The position numbers and the translations under genes were made by a program. 64,000 nucleotides of DNA from Dehalococcoidales bacterium (GTDB lineage: Bacteria; Chloroflexota; Dehalococcoidia; Lucifugimonadales; Lucifugimonadaceae): positions 2,763-66,762 of the forward strand of contig JAACCT010000103.1 in the NCBI GenBank assembly GCA_009937255.1, written 5' to 3'. Under the pieces are notes generated by a model. That model saw only the letters and a list, made by a program, of their open reading frames with translations. It was not told the origin of the DNA and made no database searches. Of this stretch, positions 38,037-48,105 are shown piece after piece. Every line of letters starts with the position of its first letter. The stretch's first letter is position 1.

Positions 38037-38050
38037 ATAGAGAGAAAAAA

Positions 38051-40132
38051 ATGGCAGAAATTAAAGATTTATCAAAAGTAAGAAATATTGGATTTATAGC
38101 TCATATTGACGCAGGTAAAACAACAGTTACTGAAAGAGTACTGTACTTTACTGGTGAGACTTATAAAATTGGTGATATTGACGACGGTACTACAGTTATG
38201 GATTTTATGTCTCTAGAAAGAGAAAGAGGAATAACTATAGGTTCTGCTGCAACTAATGCTTCCTGGAATGACTATCAGGTTAATATAATTGATACTCCTG
38301 GTCACGTAGACTTTACCGCTGAAGTACAAAGATCATTGAGAGTTCTAGATGGAGGGGTTGTAGTTCTTGAATCTGTTTCTGGTGTTCAGCCTCAATCTGA
38401 AACTGTTTGGAGACAAGCTAATGATTACGGTGTTCCTAGGATGGTTTTTGTTAATAAAATGGATCGTTTAGGGGCTGATTTTTATTTCTCAGTTAAAACA
38501 GTACATGACAGACTAGGTGCCAATGCAGTGCCTATACAAATTCCTATTGGGGCAGAATCTAATTTTAAAGGCATGATAGATTTGATAGATCGAAAAGCTT
38601 TTATATATGAATCTGAAGATGCTGTTGAGCATGTGGAAACAGACGTACCAGATGAATTTAAAGAAGATGTAGAAAAATATAGAAGCGAACTTATAGAAAA
38701 AATAGCTGAAACAGATGACGCATTGATGGATAAATTTTTAGATGACCAAGAAATATCTGTTGAAGAATTAAAATTAGCACTAAGAAAAGCTGTTATAAGT
38801 TTACAAATTTTTCCTGTTTTGTGTGGTTCTGCTTTGCGGCATAGGGGTGTTCATCCTTTGCTAGATGCAGTTATTGATTATCTTCCATCTCCTGTAGATG
38901 TTCCTTCTATAAAAGGAACAGATCCTGCTGACGATACCATTGAAATTGAAAGACAACCTGATGTTAAGGATCCTTTTAGTGCATTGGTATTCAAAACAGT
39001 TACAGACCAGCATGTGGGAAGATTAGTTTATTTGAGAATTTATTCTGGAGTTCTTGAATCAGGATCAAATATATATAACTCTTCTACCAGGTCCAGAGAA
39101 AGAGCTGGTAGGTTAATGAAAATGCATGCAGATTCCAGAGAAGAAATAAAGCAAGCTACTGCAGGTGAAATAGTTGCTGCAATTGGTCTAAAAGATGCAG
39201 TAACGGGCCATACTTTGTGTGACCAATCAAATCCTTTATTGTTAGAGTCTATTAATTTTCCAGCACCAGTATTATCTGTTGCTGTCGAGCCTAAAACTCG
39301 TTCAGATCAAGATAAAATGGGAGAATCTCTTGCTAGATTAGTGGGTGAAGATCCAACTTTACAAACATGGACAGATGAAGAATCTGGTCAAACTGTACTA
39401 GCAGGTATGGGAGAATTGCATCTAGATGTAATAGTTGAAAGACTAAGACGGGAATTTGATGTTGATGCCATTCAGGGAGCTCCTAAAGTAGCATATAGAG
39501 AAACCATAACTGTAGCTTCTGAAAAACAAGGTAAATTTATTAGACAATCCGGTGGTAAGGGTCAATATGGAGATTGCACATTAAGAATTGAGCCTTTGGA
39601 ACCTGGTTCAGGTATTTTATTTGAATCAGAAATCACAGGTGCTACATTACCTACAGAATATTATAAACCTATTGAGTCTGGATTTAGAGAAGCTGCAACT
39701 AGTGGTGTTATTGCAGGTTATCCTGTAGTAGATGTTAAAGCTGTATTGACTGATGGTTCTCATCATGATGTTGATTCATCAGAAATGGCATTTAAAATAG
39801 CAGGGTCTATGGCATTCAAGTCAGCAATGACTGCTGGCTCTCCTTCTCTTCTAGAACCTATCATGAAAATAGATATTGTTACTCCAGAAGAATTTTTGGG
39901 TGACTGTTTGGGTGATTTAAATTCAAGAAGAGCTCAAATTTTATCAATGGAACAACAAGCTAATTCACAAGCGATTAAGGCTCATGTTCCGCTAGGTGAA
40001 ACTTTCCAATATGCAACTACTTTAAGATCTTTAACTACTGGAAGAGCAAGTTTTTCTATGGAATTAGATCATTACTCTAAAGTTCCAAATCATATAGCCA
40101 CTGAAATTTCAGGCAAAGGAAAGGAAAACTAA
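38051..40132 (+). CDS. fusA: elongation factor G
   Basis: [17 protein letters not shown] and NKMD G-domain motifs. The ATG at 38051 is preferred over the track start at 38030, which overlaps rpsG. Confidence 0.96.
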   Translation: MAEIKDLSKVRNIGFIAHIDAGKTTVTERVLYFTGETYKIGDIDDGTTVMDFMSLERERGITIGSAATNASWNDYQVNIIDTPGHVDFTAEVQRSLRVLDGGVVVLESVSGVQPQSETVWRQANDYGVPRMVFVNKMDRLGADFYFSVKTVHDRLGANAVPIQIPIGAESNFKGMIDLIDRKAFIYESEDAVEHVETDVPDEFKEDVEKYRSELIEKIAETDDALMDKFLDDQEISVEELKLALRKAVISLQIFPVLCGSALRHRGVHPLLDAVIDYLPSPVDVPSIKGTDPADDTIEIERQPDVKDPFSALVFKTVTDQHVGRLVYLRIYSGVLESGSNIYNSSTRSRERAGRLMKMHADSREEIKQATAGEIVAAIGLKDAVTGHTLCDQSNPLLLESINFPAPVLSVAVEPKTRSDQDKMGESLARLVGEDPTLQTWTDEESGQTVLAGMGELHLDVIVERLRREFDVDAIQGAPKVAYRETITVASEKQGKFIRQSGGKGQYGDCTLRIEPLEPGSGILFESEITGATLPTEYYKPIESGFREAATSGVIAGYPVVDVKAVLTDGSHHDVDSSEMAFKIAGSMAFKSAMTAGSPSLLEPIMKIDIVTPEEFLGDCLGDLNSRRAQILSMEQQANSQAIKAHVPLGETFQYATTLRSLTTGRASFSMELDHYSKVPNHIATEISGKGKEN

Positions 40133-40443
40133 TGCCACCAACCCAAAAAATGAGAATGATATTAAAATCTTTTGATCATAGGGTTCTAGATGTTTCTGCT
40201 CAGCAAATTTTAGAAACTGCTGAGAGAACGGGTGCTAAGGTAGCAGGCCCAGTTCCTATGCCAACAACAAAAAGAATGTTTACAGTAATAAGATCTCCTC
40301 ATGTTAATAAAGATTCAAGAGAATATTTTGAGTTAAGAACACACAAACGATTAATTGATATTTTGGAGCCATCTTCAAAAACAATTGATTCATTAACAAG
40401 TTTAAGTGTTCCATCTGGAGTAGATATAGCAATTAAGCTTTAA
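40132..40443 (+). CDS. rpsJ: 30S ribosomal protein S10
   Basis: Conserved S10 sequence. Its ATG overlaps the fusA TAA (TAATG). Confidence 0.96.
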   Translation: MPPTQKMRMILKSFDHRVLDVSAQQILETAERTGAKVAGPVPMPTTKRMFTVIRSPHVNKDSREYFELRTHKRLIDILEPSSKTIDSLTSLSVPSGVDIAIKL

Positions 40444-40451
40444 AGGAAATT

Positions 40452-41072
40452 ATGACAATCAAAGGTATAATCGCAAAAAAATTAGGTATGTCAATCATTT
40501 ATGATGATAATGGTACGGCTTTACCTGTTACAGTTGTACAGGCTGGTCCATGTACAGTAACTCAAGTTAAAACTTTAGCTAAGGATGGATATGATTCTGT
40601 TCAAGTGGGTTTTTCAGAATCAAAAAATATCAATAAACCACAAGCTGGTCATCAGGAAAGATCGGGTGGAAAATTTTCAATCCTGCAAGAATTCGAATCA
40701 GACCCTTCAAATGAGCCAGAAGTGGGGCAGCTAATTACTTCAGAAATATTTTCAGAAGTAAAAAAAGTTAAAGTATCAGGTACAAGTAAGGGAAGAGGAT
40801 TTTCAGGTGGAGTAAGAAGATATGGGTTTAAAGGTGGTCCCAAAACTCACGGTCAATCTGATAGACACAGAGCTATTGGTTCTATTGGTGCGGGTTCTTC
40901 TCCAGGAAGAGTATGGCCTGGGCAAAAAATGCCAGGACATTATGGTAATGCAAAATCTACAGTAAAAGGATTACGAGTCGTAAAAGTTGATTCTGCAAAT
41001 AATATAATCTTAATTAAAGGTGCAATTCCAGGTTATAATGGATCGCCCCTGCGAGTTGATATTCAATCATAA
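40452..41072 (+). CDS. rplC: 50S ribosomal protein L3
   Basis: Conserved L3 sequence and S10-operon order. Confidence 0.96.
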   Translation: MTIKGIIAKKLGMSIIYDDNGTALPVTVVQAGPCTVTQVKTLAKDGYDSVQVGFSESKNINKPQAGHQERSGGKFSILQEFESDPSNEPEVGQLITSEIFSEVKKVKVSGTSKGRGFSGGVRRYGFKGGPKTHGQSDRHRAIGSIGAGSSPGRVWPGQKMPGHYGNAKSTVKGLRVVKVDSANNIILIKGAIPGYNGSPLRVDIQS

Positions 41073-41094
41073 TTATTTAAAGAAAAGGTAAATT

Positions 41095-41853
41095 TTGGAA
41101 ATTAGTATAAAAAATAAATTAGGTAAAACTGAAAAAACTTTAAGTTTAGACCCTTCAGTTTGGAATTTAGAATTAAATGAAGATTTACTTCACCAGAGTA
41201 TATACATATATCTAGCTAATCAGAGGCAATGGACAAAAGGAACTAAAACTAGGGCTAATGTAAGTTATGCTAACCAAAAACTTAGACCTCAAAAAGGTAG
41301 CGGTAGAGCTAGAGTAGGTTCAAAAAGGTCTCCAATTATGGTTGGAGGAGGAGTAGCTCATGGTCCTCATCCTAAAGATATCAGAAAATCATTAAATAAA
41401 AAGATGAAACATAAAGCATTAAAAATTGCCCTTTCTGCAAAAATAAAAGATTCAGAGATTAATGTAATAGACGAATTTCCATTAAAAGACTCTCCTTCAA
41501 CTAAAATTATGATTGATTATATTAATAAGTTAGAACTTAAAGGTTCCGTTTTGTTACTTACAGAAGGAAATGATTTGGTACTACAAAAATCATGCGAAAA
41601 TATAAATAATGTTGAAGTTATGGAAGCTTCTTCTATTAATGCATATAGATTAATTAGACCTAAAAATATTGTAATCCCAGTAAAAGCAGTAGAAAAAATA
41701 CAATCTTTATGGGGTGATTCAGAATTTAAGCCTGCAGCTAAAGCAAAACCTGCAGCTAAAGCTAAACCTGCAGCAAAAGTAAAGCCTGCAGCTAAAGCAA
41801 AACCTGCAGCAAAGAAAAAAACTACTACAAAGGCTGTAAAAAAAGATGATTAA
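41095..41853 (+). CDS. rplD: 50S ribosomal protein L4 with a Lys/Ala/Pro-repeat C-terminal extension
   Basis: L4 core (RPQKGSGRARVGS) plus five KPAAKA repeats. TTG start. Confidence 0.93.
   Translation: MEISIKNKLGKTEKTLSLDPSVWNLELNEDLLHQSIYIYLANQRQWTKGTKTRANVSYANQKLRPQKGSGRARVGSKRSPIMVGGGVAHGPHPKDIRKSLNKKMKHKALKIALSAKIKDSEINVIDEFPLKDSPSTKIMIDYINKLELKGSVLLLTEGNDLVLQKSCENINNVEVMEASSINAYRLIRPKNIVIPVKAVEKIQSLWGDSEFKPAAKAKPAAKAKPAAKVKPAAKAKPAAKKKTTTKAVKKDD
41728..41817 (+). repeat. 5 x 18-bp in-frame tandem repeat (AAR CCT GCA GCW AAR GYW) encoding KPAAKA units
   Basis: Directly readable units at 41728, 41746, 41764, 41782 and 41800. Confidence 0.9.
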
Positions 41854-42130
41854 TGAAGAAGTAATATTAAGTCCAGTAATAACAGAAAAGTCTTCTCTTT
41901 TGCAAGAGAGTAATAAATATGTTTTTAAAGTACATAATAAATCTAATAAATTTCAAGTAAAAAAAGCAGTTGAAGAAATATTTGATGTAGTGGTCGAAAA
42001 TGTCAATATAATAAAAGTTAAGGGAAAAAATAAGATGTATGGTGGGAAAAAAACCTTAACTCCATCATGGAAAAAAGCAATGGTCACTCTAAAATTAGGT
42101 GATTCAATTAGTCTTTACGAAGGAGCTTAA
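41846..42130 (+). CDS. rplW: 50S ribosomal protein L23
   Basis: Conserved L23 sequence and operon order. Confidence 0.95.
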   Translation: MINEEVILSPVITEKSSLLQESNKYVFKVHNKSNKFQVKKAVEEIFDVVVENVNIIKVKGKNKMYGGKKTLTPSWKKAMVTLKLGDSISLYEGA

Positions 42131-42131
42131 A

Positions 42132-42959
42132 TTGGGAATTAAGAAAAGTAAACCAATAACTGCAGGTAGAAGAGATTCTGCTGTAGATGATTTTTCAGAT
42201 ATAACAACTGATTCTCCTTATAAATCATTACTTGCACCTCTAACAAAAAAAGGTGGAAGAAATAATAAGGGAAGAATCACAGTAAGACATAGAGGTGGAG
42301 GGCATAAACGTAGATACAGGATGCTTGATTTTATTAGGTCAAAAGAAGGAAAAGCTACTGTTGAATCTATAGAGTATGACCCAAATCGATCATCAAGAAT
42401 TTCTCTTATTAGATTTAATGATGGAACAAAAAAATATATATTGACTCCAAACAATGTAAGCTTAGGAGATGTTATTGAAACAGGAGATAGTGCAGAGAAC
42501 ACTCTTGGTAACACAAAATCTTTAGGCTCATTGCAAACAGGTACTCTTGTTCATAATGTTGAACTCTCTCCTGGTAAAGGGGGAATAATGGTAAAATCTG
42601 CAGGTACTGCAGCTCAAGTGATGGCTCATGAAGGTGGCTATACATTATTGCGATTACCTTCCGGAGAAATGAGAAGAATATTAAGTAAATGCAATGCCAC
42701 TATTGGACAAGTTTCAAATCCAGATAATAAAAATAAAAAATTAGGTAGAGCTGGAACTTCTAGGAGATTAGGAAGAAGGCCATCGGTGAGAGGTTCTGCT
42801 ATGTCTCCTAATGCTCATCCACATGGTGGAGGAGAAGGAAGAGCTGGAGTAGGAATGGTTCATCCAAAAACTCCTTGGGGTAAACCTGCTCTTGGAAAAA
42901 GAACAAGAAGAAATAAAAAAACAGATAAGATGATTTTAAGAAGAAGGTACGAGAAGTAA
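42132..42959 (+). CDS. rplB: 50S ribosomal protein L2
   Basis: The TTG at 42132 behind AGGAG (42121-42125) gives [14 protein letters not shown], the canonical L2 N-terminus. The track start at 42099 overlaps rplW. Confidence 0.95.
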   Translation: MGIKKSKPITAGRRDSAVDDFSDITTDSPYKSLLAPLTKKGGRNNKGRITVRHRGGGHKRRYRMLDFIRSKEGKATVESIEYDPNRSSRISLIRFNDGTKKYILTPNNVSLGDVIETGDSAENTLGNTKSLGSLQTGTLVHNVELSPGKGGIMVKSAGTAAQVMAHEGGYTLLRLPSGEMRRILSKCNATIGQVSNPDNKNKKLGRAGTSRRLGRRPSVRGSAMSPNAHPHGGGEGRAGVGMVHPKTPWGKPALGKRTRRNKKTDKMILRRRYEK

Positions 42960-42963
42960 AAAT

Positions 42964-43230
42964 ATGTCAAGATCTATAAAAAAAGGTCCATATGTTGACC
43001 CTAAATTGATGAAAAAGGTTCTGAAAATAAAAGAGTCCGGAAGTAGAGAAGTTATTAAGACTTGGGCTAGAGCATCTATGATAATGCCTGAAATGGTAGG
43101 AGTAACTTTTGGAGTTCATGATGGAAGAAAATTTGTTCCTGTTCTTGTAAGTGAAAACATGGTTGGACATCGATTAGGCGAATTTTCACCAACCAGGACC
43201 TACAGAGGTCATTCAAGAGGTAATAATTAA
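42964..43230 (+). CDS. rpsS: 30S ribosomal protein S19
   Basis: Conserved S19 sequence ([11 protein letters not shown]). Confidence 0.96.
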   Translation: MSRSIKKGPYVDPKLMKKVLKIKESGSREVIKTWARASMIMPEMVGVTFGVHDGRKFVPVLVSENMVGHRLGEFSPTRTYRGHSRGNN

Positions 43231-43565
43231 TGGCAACTGCATATAATAAAAACATTGGACACTCTGCTTATAAAATGAGAAGAGTAATTAACATGATAAG
43301 ATTAAAGCCTGTTAATGAGGCTAAATTACAACTAAGCTTACTTGGAACTCCTCCTGCAAAAGAGATTTTAAAGATATTAAATTCAGCTATAGCTAATGCT
43401 GTTAATGCAGAATCTCTAAGTGAAAATGATTTAGTGATTTCAAAAATCTTTGCAGATGCTGGTCCAAGAATGAAAAGATTTAAACCGAGAGCTAGAGGTA
43501 GAGCAGGAGCATTTGATAGGCCTTCGTCTCACTTAACTATAGAAGTAAATACAGGAGAATTATAG
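43230..43565 (+). CDS. rplV: 50S ribosomal protein L22
   Basis: Conserved L22 sequence and operon order. Confidence 0.95.
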   Translation: MATAYNKNIGHSAYKMRRVINMIRLKPVNEAKLQLSLLGTPPAKEILKILNSAIANAVNAESLSENDLVISKIFADAGPRMKRFKPRARGRAGAFDRPSSHLTIEVNTGEL

Positions 43566-44282
43566 ATGGGACAGAAAACACATCCTACAGGATTCCGTCT
43601 AGGCGGAGTTATCGATTGGCAATCACAGTGGTTTGCTAATAATGGTAAAAATTATGCTTTATTGCTTAACGAAGATAGAAATATTAGGCAAATGATAACT
43701 GAAGAGCTGGGTGAAAATGGAGCCATATCAAAAATTGAAATAGAGAGAGGTTCTCAAGATATAACAGTTACTGTTTATACTGCAAGACCAGGGATTATAA
43801 TTGGACGTGGTGGTACAAGAGTTGAAGAGTTGAAAAATTATTTGGAAGAAAAAACTAAAAATAAAGTTCGACTTAATATCAACGAAATAAGAGTTCCTGA
43901 GCTCGTAGCCAAACTTGTTGGAGAATCTATAGCAGAGCAACTTGAAAGAAGAGTTGCATTCAGAAGAGCTGTAAATAATGCTATACAAAGAACTATGCAA
44001 GTAGGAGCAAAAGGGATAAAAGTAGTTATTGCAGGTAGGTTATCAGGAGCTGACATTGCAAGAACAGAAAAATATCATCAAGGAAGAGTTCCTTTACATA
44101 CTTTAAGAGCAGACATTGATTATGAAATTAGTGAAGCTAATACTACATATGGGGTTATTGGAATTAAGGTTTGGATTTATAAAGGTGATATAATTCCAAC
44201 TGCAGAGAATTTATTGGCTATAAAGACAGCAAGAATCCAAAAAACTGATCAAATAGATGAAAATACTAAGGAAAATATTTAA
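43566..44282 (+). CDS. rpsC: 30S ribosomal protein S3
   Basis: MGQKTHPTGFRLG N-terminus and a KH domain. Confidence 0.97.
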   Translation: MGQKTHPTGFRLGGVIDWQSQWFANNGKNYALLLNEDRNIRQMITEELGENGAISKIEIERGSQDITVTVYTARPGIIIGRGGTRVEELKNYLEEKTKNKVRLNINEIRVPELVAKLVGESIAEQLERRVAFRRAVNNAIQRTMQVGAKGIKVVIAGRLSGADIARTEKYHQGRVPLHTLRADIDYEISEANTTYGVIGIKVWIYKGDIIPTAENLLAIKTARIQKTDQIDENTKENI

Positions 44283-44702
44283 ATGTTACAACCTAGTAGA
44301 ACTAAATATAGAAAACAACAACGAGGTAAAATGCGTGGAATGGCTACAAGAGGCTCAACTCTGTCATTCGGAGACTATGCATTGAAAGCCCAGGAATCAT
44401 CTTGGGTAACAGCTAGACAAATTGAATCTGCTAGAAGGGCTATTACAGGATATGTGAAAAGAGGCGGTCAAATATGGATTAGAGTGTTTCCAGACAAGCC
44501 TGTGAGTGCAAGACCTGCTGAAACTAGAATGGGTGGGGGTAAAGGAGCTGTAGATCGATGGGTTGCTGTGGTTAAAAGAGGTAGAATACTTTTTGAAATA
44601 GGAGATGTACCAGAAGATGTTGCTATAAACGCACTTAAGAGAGCAGGCCATAAATTATCAATACCAACAAAAATAATATCAAGAGAAGAAGTAACATTCT
44701 AA
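44283..44702 (+). CDS. rplP: 50S ribosomal protein L16
   Basis: [16 protein letters not shown]-terminus. Confidence 0.97.
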   Translation: MLQPSRTKYRKQQRGKMRGMATRGSTLSFGDYALKAQESSWVTARQIESARRAITGYVKRGGQIWIRVFPDKPVSARPAETRMGGGKGAVDRWVAVVKRGRILFEIGDVPEDVAINALKRAGHKLSIPTKIISREEVTF

Positions 44703-44932
44703 TGAAAATTGAAGATATAAGAAAACTAGAAACAGAAGATTTAATTAAAGAAAAACAATCTGTGCTAAAAAATATTATGGAAAATAGATTTAAGCATAAA
44801 TCTATGCAACTTAGTGATACTAGTCAAATTGATAAACTGAGAAAAGATAAAGCAAAAATTTTAACAGTTATAAATGAAAGAAAAATTTTAGCAAAGCTAG
44901 AAGTAACCGAGAAAGATAGCCAGAATGAGTAA
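44702..44932 (+). CDS. rpmC: 50S ribosomal protein L29
   Basis: Small helical protein in the L16-L29-S17 position. Confidence 0.9.
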   Translation: MKIEDIRKLETEDLIKEKQSVLKNIMENRFKHKSMQLSDTSQIDKLRKDKAKILTVINERKILAKLEVTEKDSQNE

Positions 44933-45167
44933 TAAAGTAAGAAGAACAGGAAAGGTTATTTCAGATGTTTCTGAAAAAACCATTATAGTAGGAGTATCTT
45001 GGTCTCAAAAAGATAGGATATACAAAAAGTCTTCTAGAAGACTAACTAAATTGGTTGCTCATGATCCTAAAAATGAAGCAAAAATAGGTGATGATGTAGT
45101 AATTGAATTTTCTAAACCTATTTCAAAAACAAAGAAATGGAAGTTAGTGGAAGTGTTGGCAAAATAA
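44925..45167 (+). CDS. rpsQ: 30S ribosomal protein S17
   Basis: Conserved S17 sequence and operon order. Confidence 0.93.
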   Translation: MSNKVRRTGKVISDVSEKTIIVGVSWSQKDRIYKKSSRRLTKLVAHDPKNEAKIGDDVVIEFSKPISKTKKWKLVEVLAK

Positions 45168-45535
45168 TGATCCAAAGAGAATCAAGATTAAAAGTAGCTG
45201 ATAATTCTGGTGCAAAAGAAGTACTGTGTATCAATATAAATGGTAATAGTCATACAAAATCTGCAAAAATTGGAGATACTATAACCTGTACAGTGAAAGA
45301 TGCACAACCAGGGGGAACTGTTAAAATGCATCAAGTTGTTAAAGCTGTAATAGTTAGAACAAAAAAAGAATACAGAAGATATGATGGTTCTTACATTAGA
45401 TTCGATGAAAATGCTTGTGTAATAATCGGTGATGATAATAACCCTAGAGGAACTAGAATTTTTGGTCCAGTAGCTAGAGAACTTAGAGACAAACAATTTA
45501 TGAGAGTAGTTTCACTTGCTCCGGAGGTGCTTTAA
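45167..45535 (+). CDS. rplN: 50S ribosomal protein L14
   Basis: The ATG at 45167 (TAATG overlap with rpsQ) gives [17 protein letters not shown], the canonical L14 start. Confidence 0.96.
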   Translation: MIQRESRLKVADNSGAKEVLCININGNSHTKSAKIGDTITCTVKDAQPGGTVKMHQVVKAVIVRTKKEYRRYDGSYIRFDENACVIIGDDNNPRGTRIFGPVARELRDKQFMRVVSLAPEVL

Positions 45536-45849
45536 TGCCAAAACTAAGAATAAAAAAAGGTGATCAAGTTTTGATTTTAGCTGGAAAAGATAAAGGAAAA
45601 AAGGGTGAAGTTATTAGGGTAAATAAAGCTTCTTCAACAGTTATTGTTGAAGGTATAAACATATCAAAAAAACATATAAAAAACCAACCAAATGTTACAA
45701 ATGCAGGAATCGTTGATACAGAATCACCATTGCATATTTCAAATGTAATGTTTGTTCATCCAGAAAGTTCTAATCCTGGTAGAGTTGCTTACGAACAACT
45801 TGAATCAGGTAAATATAACAGAATAGTTAAGAAATCTAATAGGAAGTAA
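45535..45849 (+). CDS. rplX: 50S ribosomal protein L24
   Basis: KKGDQVLILAGKDKGKKGEV KOW motif. Confidence 0.95.
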   Translation: MPKLRIKKGDQVLILAGKDKGKKGEVIRVNKASSTVIVEGINISKKHIKNQPNVTNAGIVDTESPLHISNVMFVHPESSNPGRVAYEQLESGKYNRIVKKSNRK

Positions 45850-45862
45850 TTTGGAGAAGTAA

Positions 45863-46449
45863 TTGGTAGCAAAGCAAAAAGAAAAAATTAATCCTGAGAA
45901 TTTAGCCCCAAGACTTAAGGCTAAATATAATGATGAAGTTATTCCTGAAATGATGAAAGAATTTAAGTTTTCAAATAAACTGATGGTTCCTAAAATTCTT
46001 AAAACAACTATTAATGTAGGTTTAGGTGAAGCTTTGGCCTCATCAAATGTAATTCAAATTGTAACTAGAGATCTTCAACTTATAACAGGTCAAAAACCTA
46101 TTGAACGAAAAGCAAAAAAATCTATTGCTAATTTCAAGCTAAGAGAAGAGCAAGTTATAGGGCTTTCTGTAACATTACGATCAAATAATATGTGGTTTTT
46201 TCTTGATAGATTACTGAATATTGCCCTCCTAGAGTAAGAGACTTTAGAGGAGTCTCTGAGAAAGCTTTTGATGGGAATGGTAACTATTCTTTAGGCTTGC
46301 AAGAACAAGTTATATTTCCTGAGATTGATTACAATGAAATTGATAAACTAAGAGGTATGCAAATAAATATAGTAACTTCAAAGAATTCTGATGAAGAATC
46401 AAAGAAGCTTCTAGAATTGATGGGTATGCCTTTCATCAATAAAAGTTAA
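45863..46449 (+). CDS. rplE: 50S ribosomal protein L5, reading frame broken by an apparent 1-nt deletion near 46228
   Basis: The track ORF ends at 46237 (...LLNIALLE*). The next frame continues with [35 protein letters not shown]...GMPFINKS*, ending at 46449. This is the conserved C-terminal half of L5. Confidence 0.9.
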
Positions 46450-46465
46450 TAATAAGGAGAAAATT

Positions 46466-46771
46466 TTGGCAAAAAAATCTGCTATAGCTAGAAATAATAA
46501 AAGAATGAGAATCGTTAGTAAGTATATGGATCTTAGAACAGAACTAAAAAGTATAGCTAATGATTCTAAAGTTTCTTTTGAAGATAAGATGGAAGCTAGA
46601 AAAAAATTAGCTTTACTTCCAAAAAATTCTAGCCCAGTGAGAGTAAGGAATAGATGTCAAAAGACAGGTAGACCTAGAGGTTATATGAGGTTTTTCGGTT
46701 TAAGTAGAATATCGATGAGAGAATTAGCATTGAAGGGGCATTTGCCAGGTATACGAAAAGGAAGTTTATAG
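46466..46771 (+). CDS. rpsN: 30S ribosomal protein S14 (long form, no zinc-binding Cys motif)
   Basis: 101 aa; conserved RNRC..TGRPRGY..FGLSRI; TTG start. Confidence 0.94.
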   Translation: MAKKSAIARNNKRMRIVSKYMDLRTELKSIANDSKVSFEDKMEARKKLALLPKNSSPVRVRNRCQKTGRPRGYMRFFGLSRISMRELALKGHLPGIRKGSL

Positions 46772-46780
46772 GGGTAAAAA

Positions 46781-47178
46781 TTGACTGTACAAGATCAAAT
46801 TTCTGACATGATTACTAGAATAAGAAACTCAGTTATGGTAAAACATAGCAGCGTTTCAGTTAATAAATCTAAAATGAATAATAAGATTTTAGAGTTACTT
46901 TCAAATGAAGGATTTATTTCTAATTTTGAAGAAAATAACTTTGAAAATAAAGTTAATTATTCTGTTAAATTAAAATATTATGATGATGGTTCATCAGCTA
47001 TATCTGGCTTAAAGCGTGTCTCTAAACCAGGTTTGAAAATATATGTTAAAAAAATGAAATCCCTTCATATTTTTCTGGTATGGGTGTAGCAATAGTGTCT
47101 ACATCTAAAGGACTTATGACTGGATTAGAAGCAAAAAAACTTTCTCTTGGTGGAGAAGTGTTATTTTACGTTTGGTAA
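46781..47178 (+). CDS. rpsH: 30S ribosomal protein S8, frame broken in an A7 run (47048-47054)
   Basis: The track ORF ends at 47089. The alternative frame from the A-run reads [41 protein letters not shown], the conserved S8 C-terminus ending at 47178. Confidence 0.9.
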
Positions 47179-47190
47179 AGAGGAAATAAT

Positions 47191-47748
47191 ATGAGTAGAA
47201 TTGGAAATAAACCTATAACTATCCCTTCAGGGGTAGATATTAAAATTGAAAAAAATCTTATTTCAGTTAAGGGTCCTAAGGGAAGTTTAGAAGAAAAAAT
47301 CAAGACAGATAATATAAATTTTAAAATTGATGATTCTAACTTGCTTGTATCCAGAACTAATGAAGAATTGCAAACTAGAGCTATGCACGGTTTGTATAGA
47401 TCATTGATTAGCAATATGGTTGAAGGAGTAACTGAAGGATTTAATAAAAAACTTGAACTTATTGGAACCGGTTATAGAGCACAGCCTAAAGGTAAATCAT
47501 TAGAGTTAAGTCTTGGCTTTTCTCACTCAATAACAGTTGATCCTATTGGAGAAAATAAACTGTCAGTGAATGAACAAACTAATGTAATTATTGATGGTAT
47601 AGATAAAGAACATGTTGGTAGGCAAGCTGCTAAAATCAGATCTCTTAGGAAACCAAATCCATTTACGGGTAAAGGTATTAAATATTCTGGTGAAATAATA
47701 AGAAGAAAATCAGGTAAGTCTGCTGTAGGTTCTGGAGGAACAGAATAA
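47191..47748 (+). CDS. rplF: 50S ribosomal protein L6
   Basis: MSRIGNKPITIPSGV N-terminus. Confidence 0.96.
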   Translation: MSRIGNKPITIPSGVDIKIEKNLISVKGPKGSLEEKIKTDNINFKIDDSNLLVSRTNEELQTRAMHGLYRSLISNMVEGVTEGFNKKLELIGTGYRAQPKGKSLELSLGFSHSITVDPIGENKLSVNEQTNVIIDGIDKEHVGRQAAKIRSLRKPNPFTGKGIKYSGEIIRRKSGKSAVGSGGTE

Positions 47749-48104
47749 TGAAATTTTCAAAAAAAACGAGATCATTAGGAAGAAATAAAAGACACCTTAG
47801 AGTCAGAAAAAGAATTTCAGGAACACAGGAAAGGCTTAGAGTTTCCTTATTTAGGTCTAACAAAAATGTTTATTTACAATTAATCGATGATATTAAAGGT
47901 ATGACTTTAGCTTCTTCATCTAGCTTAAAGTCTTCAGAAAATTCAGTAAATGCTGAATCTTCAAAAAAACTTGGATTAGAATTTGGAGAGAAAATTTCTA
48001 AATTAGGTATCAAGAAGGTAGTTTTTGATAGAGGTGGATACCTCTATCATGGTAGAGTTGCTGCAATAGCTGATGGAATAAGAGAATCTGGAATAGAGGT
48101 ATAA
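47748..48104 (+). CDS. rplR: 50S ribosomal protein L18
   Basis: Conserved L18 sequence (FDRGGYLYHGRVAAIADGIRE). Confidence 0.95.
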   Translation: MKFSKKTRSLGRNKRHLRVRKRISGTQERLRVSLFRSNKNVYLQLIDDIKGMTLASSSSLKSSENSVNAESSKKLGLEFGEKISKLGIKKVVFDRGGYLYHGRVAAIADGIRESGIEV

Positions 48105-48105
48105 A

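Noticed and set aside
38030-38050. N-terminally extended starts given by the ORF track for fusA (38030), rplB (42099) and rplN (45137).
   Set aside because: The extensions overlap the preceding ribosomal genes and add non-conserved residues. The internal starts at 38051, 42132 (TTG behind AGGAG) and 45167 reproduce the canonical N-termini.
41728-41817. A tandem repeat that might be a CRISPR-like or non-coding array.
   Set aside because: The units are contiguous 18-mers with no spacers. They are in frame with rplD and encode a coherent KPAAKA peptide repeat.
47048-47054. Programmed -1 ribosomal frameshifting on the A-run as a dedicated mechanism for S8.
   Set aside because: There is no downstream stimulatory structure. 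The preceding base breaks the X XXY YYZ pattern. The similar lesions in rpmD and prmC need a shift in the opposite direction. A common cause (sequencing error or transcriptional slippage) fits better.
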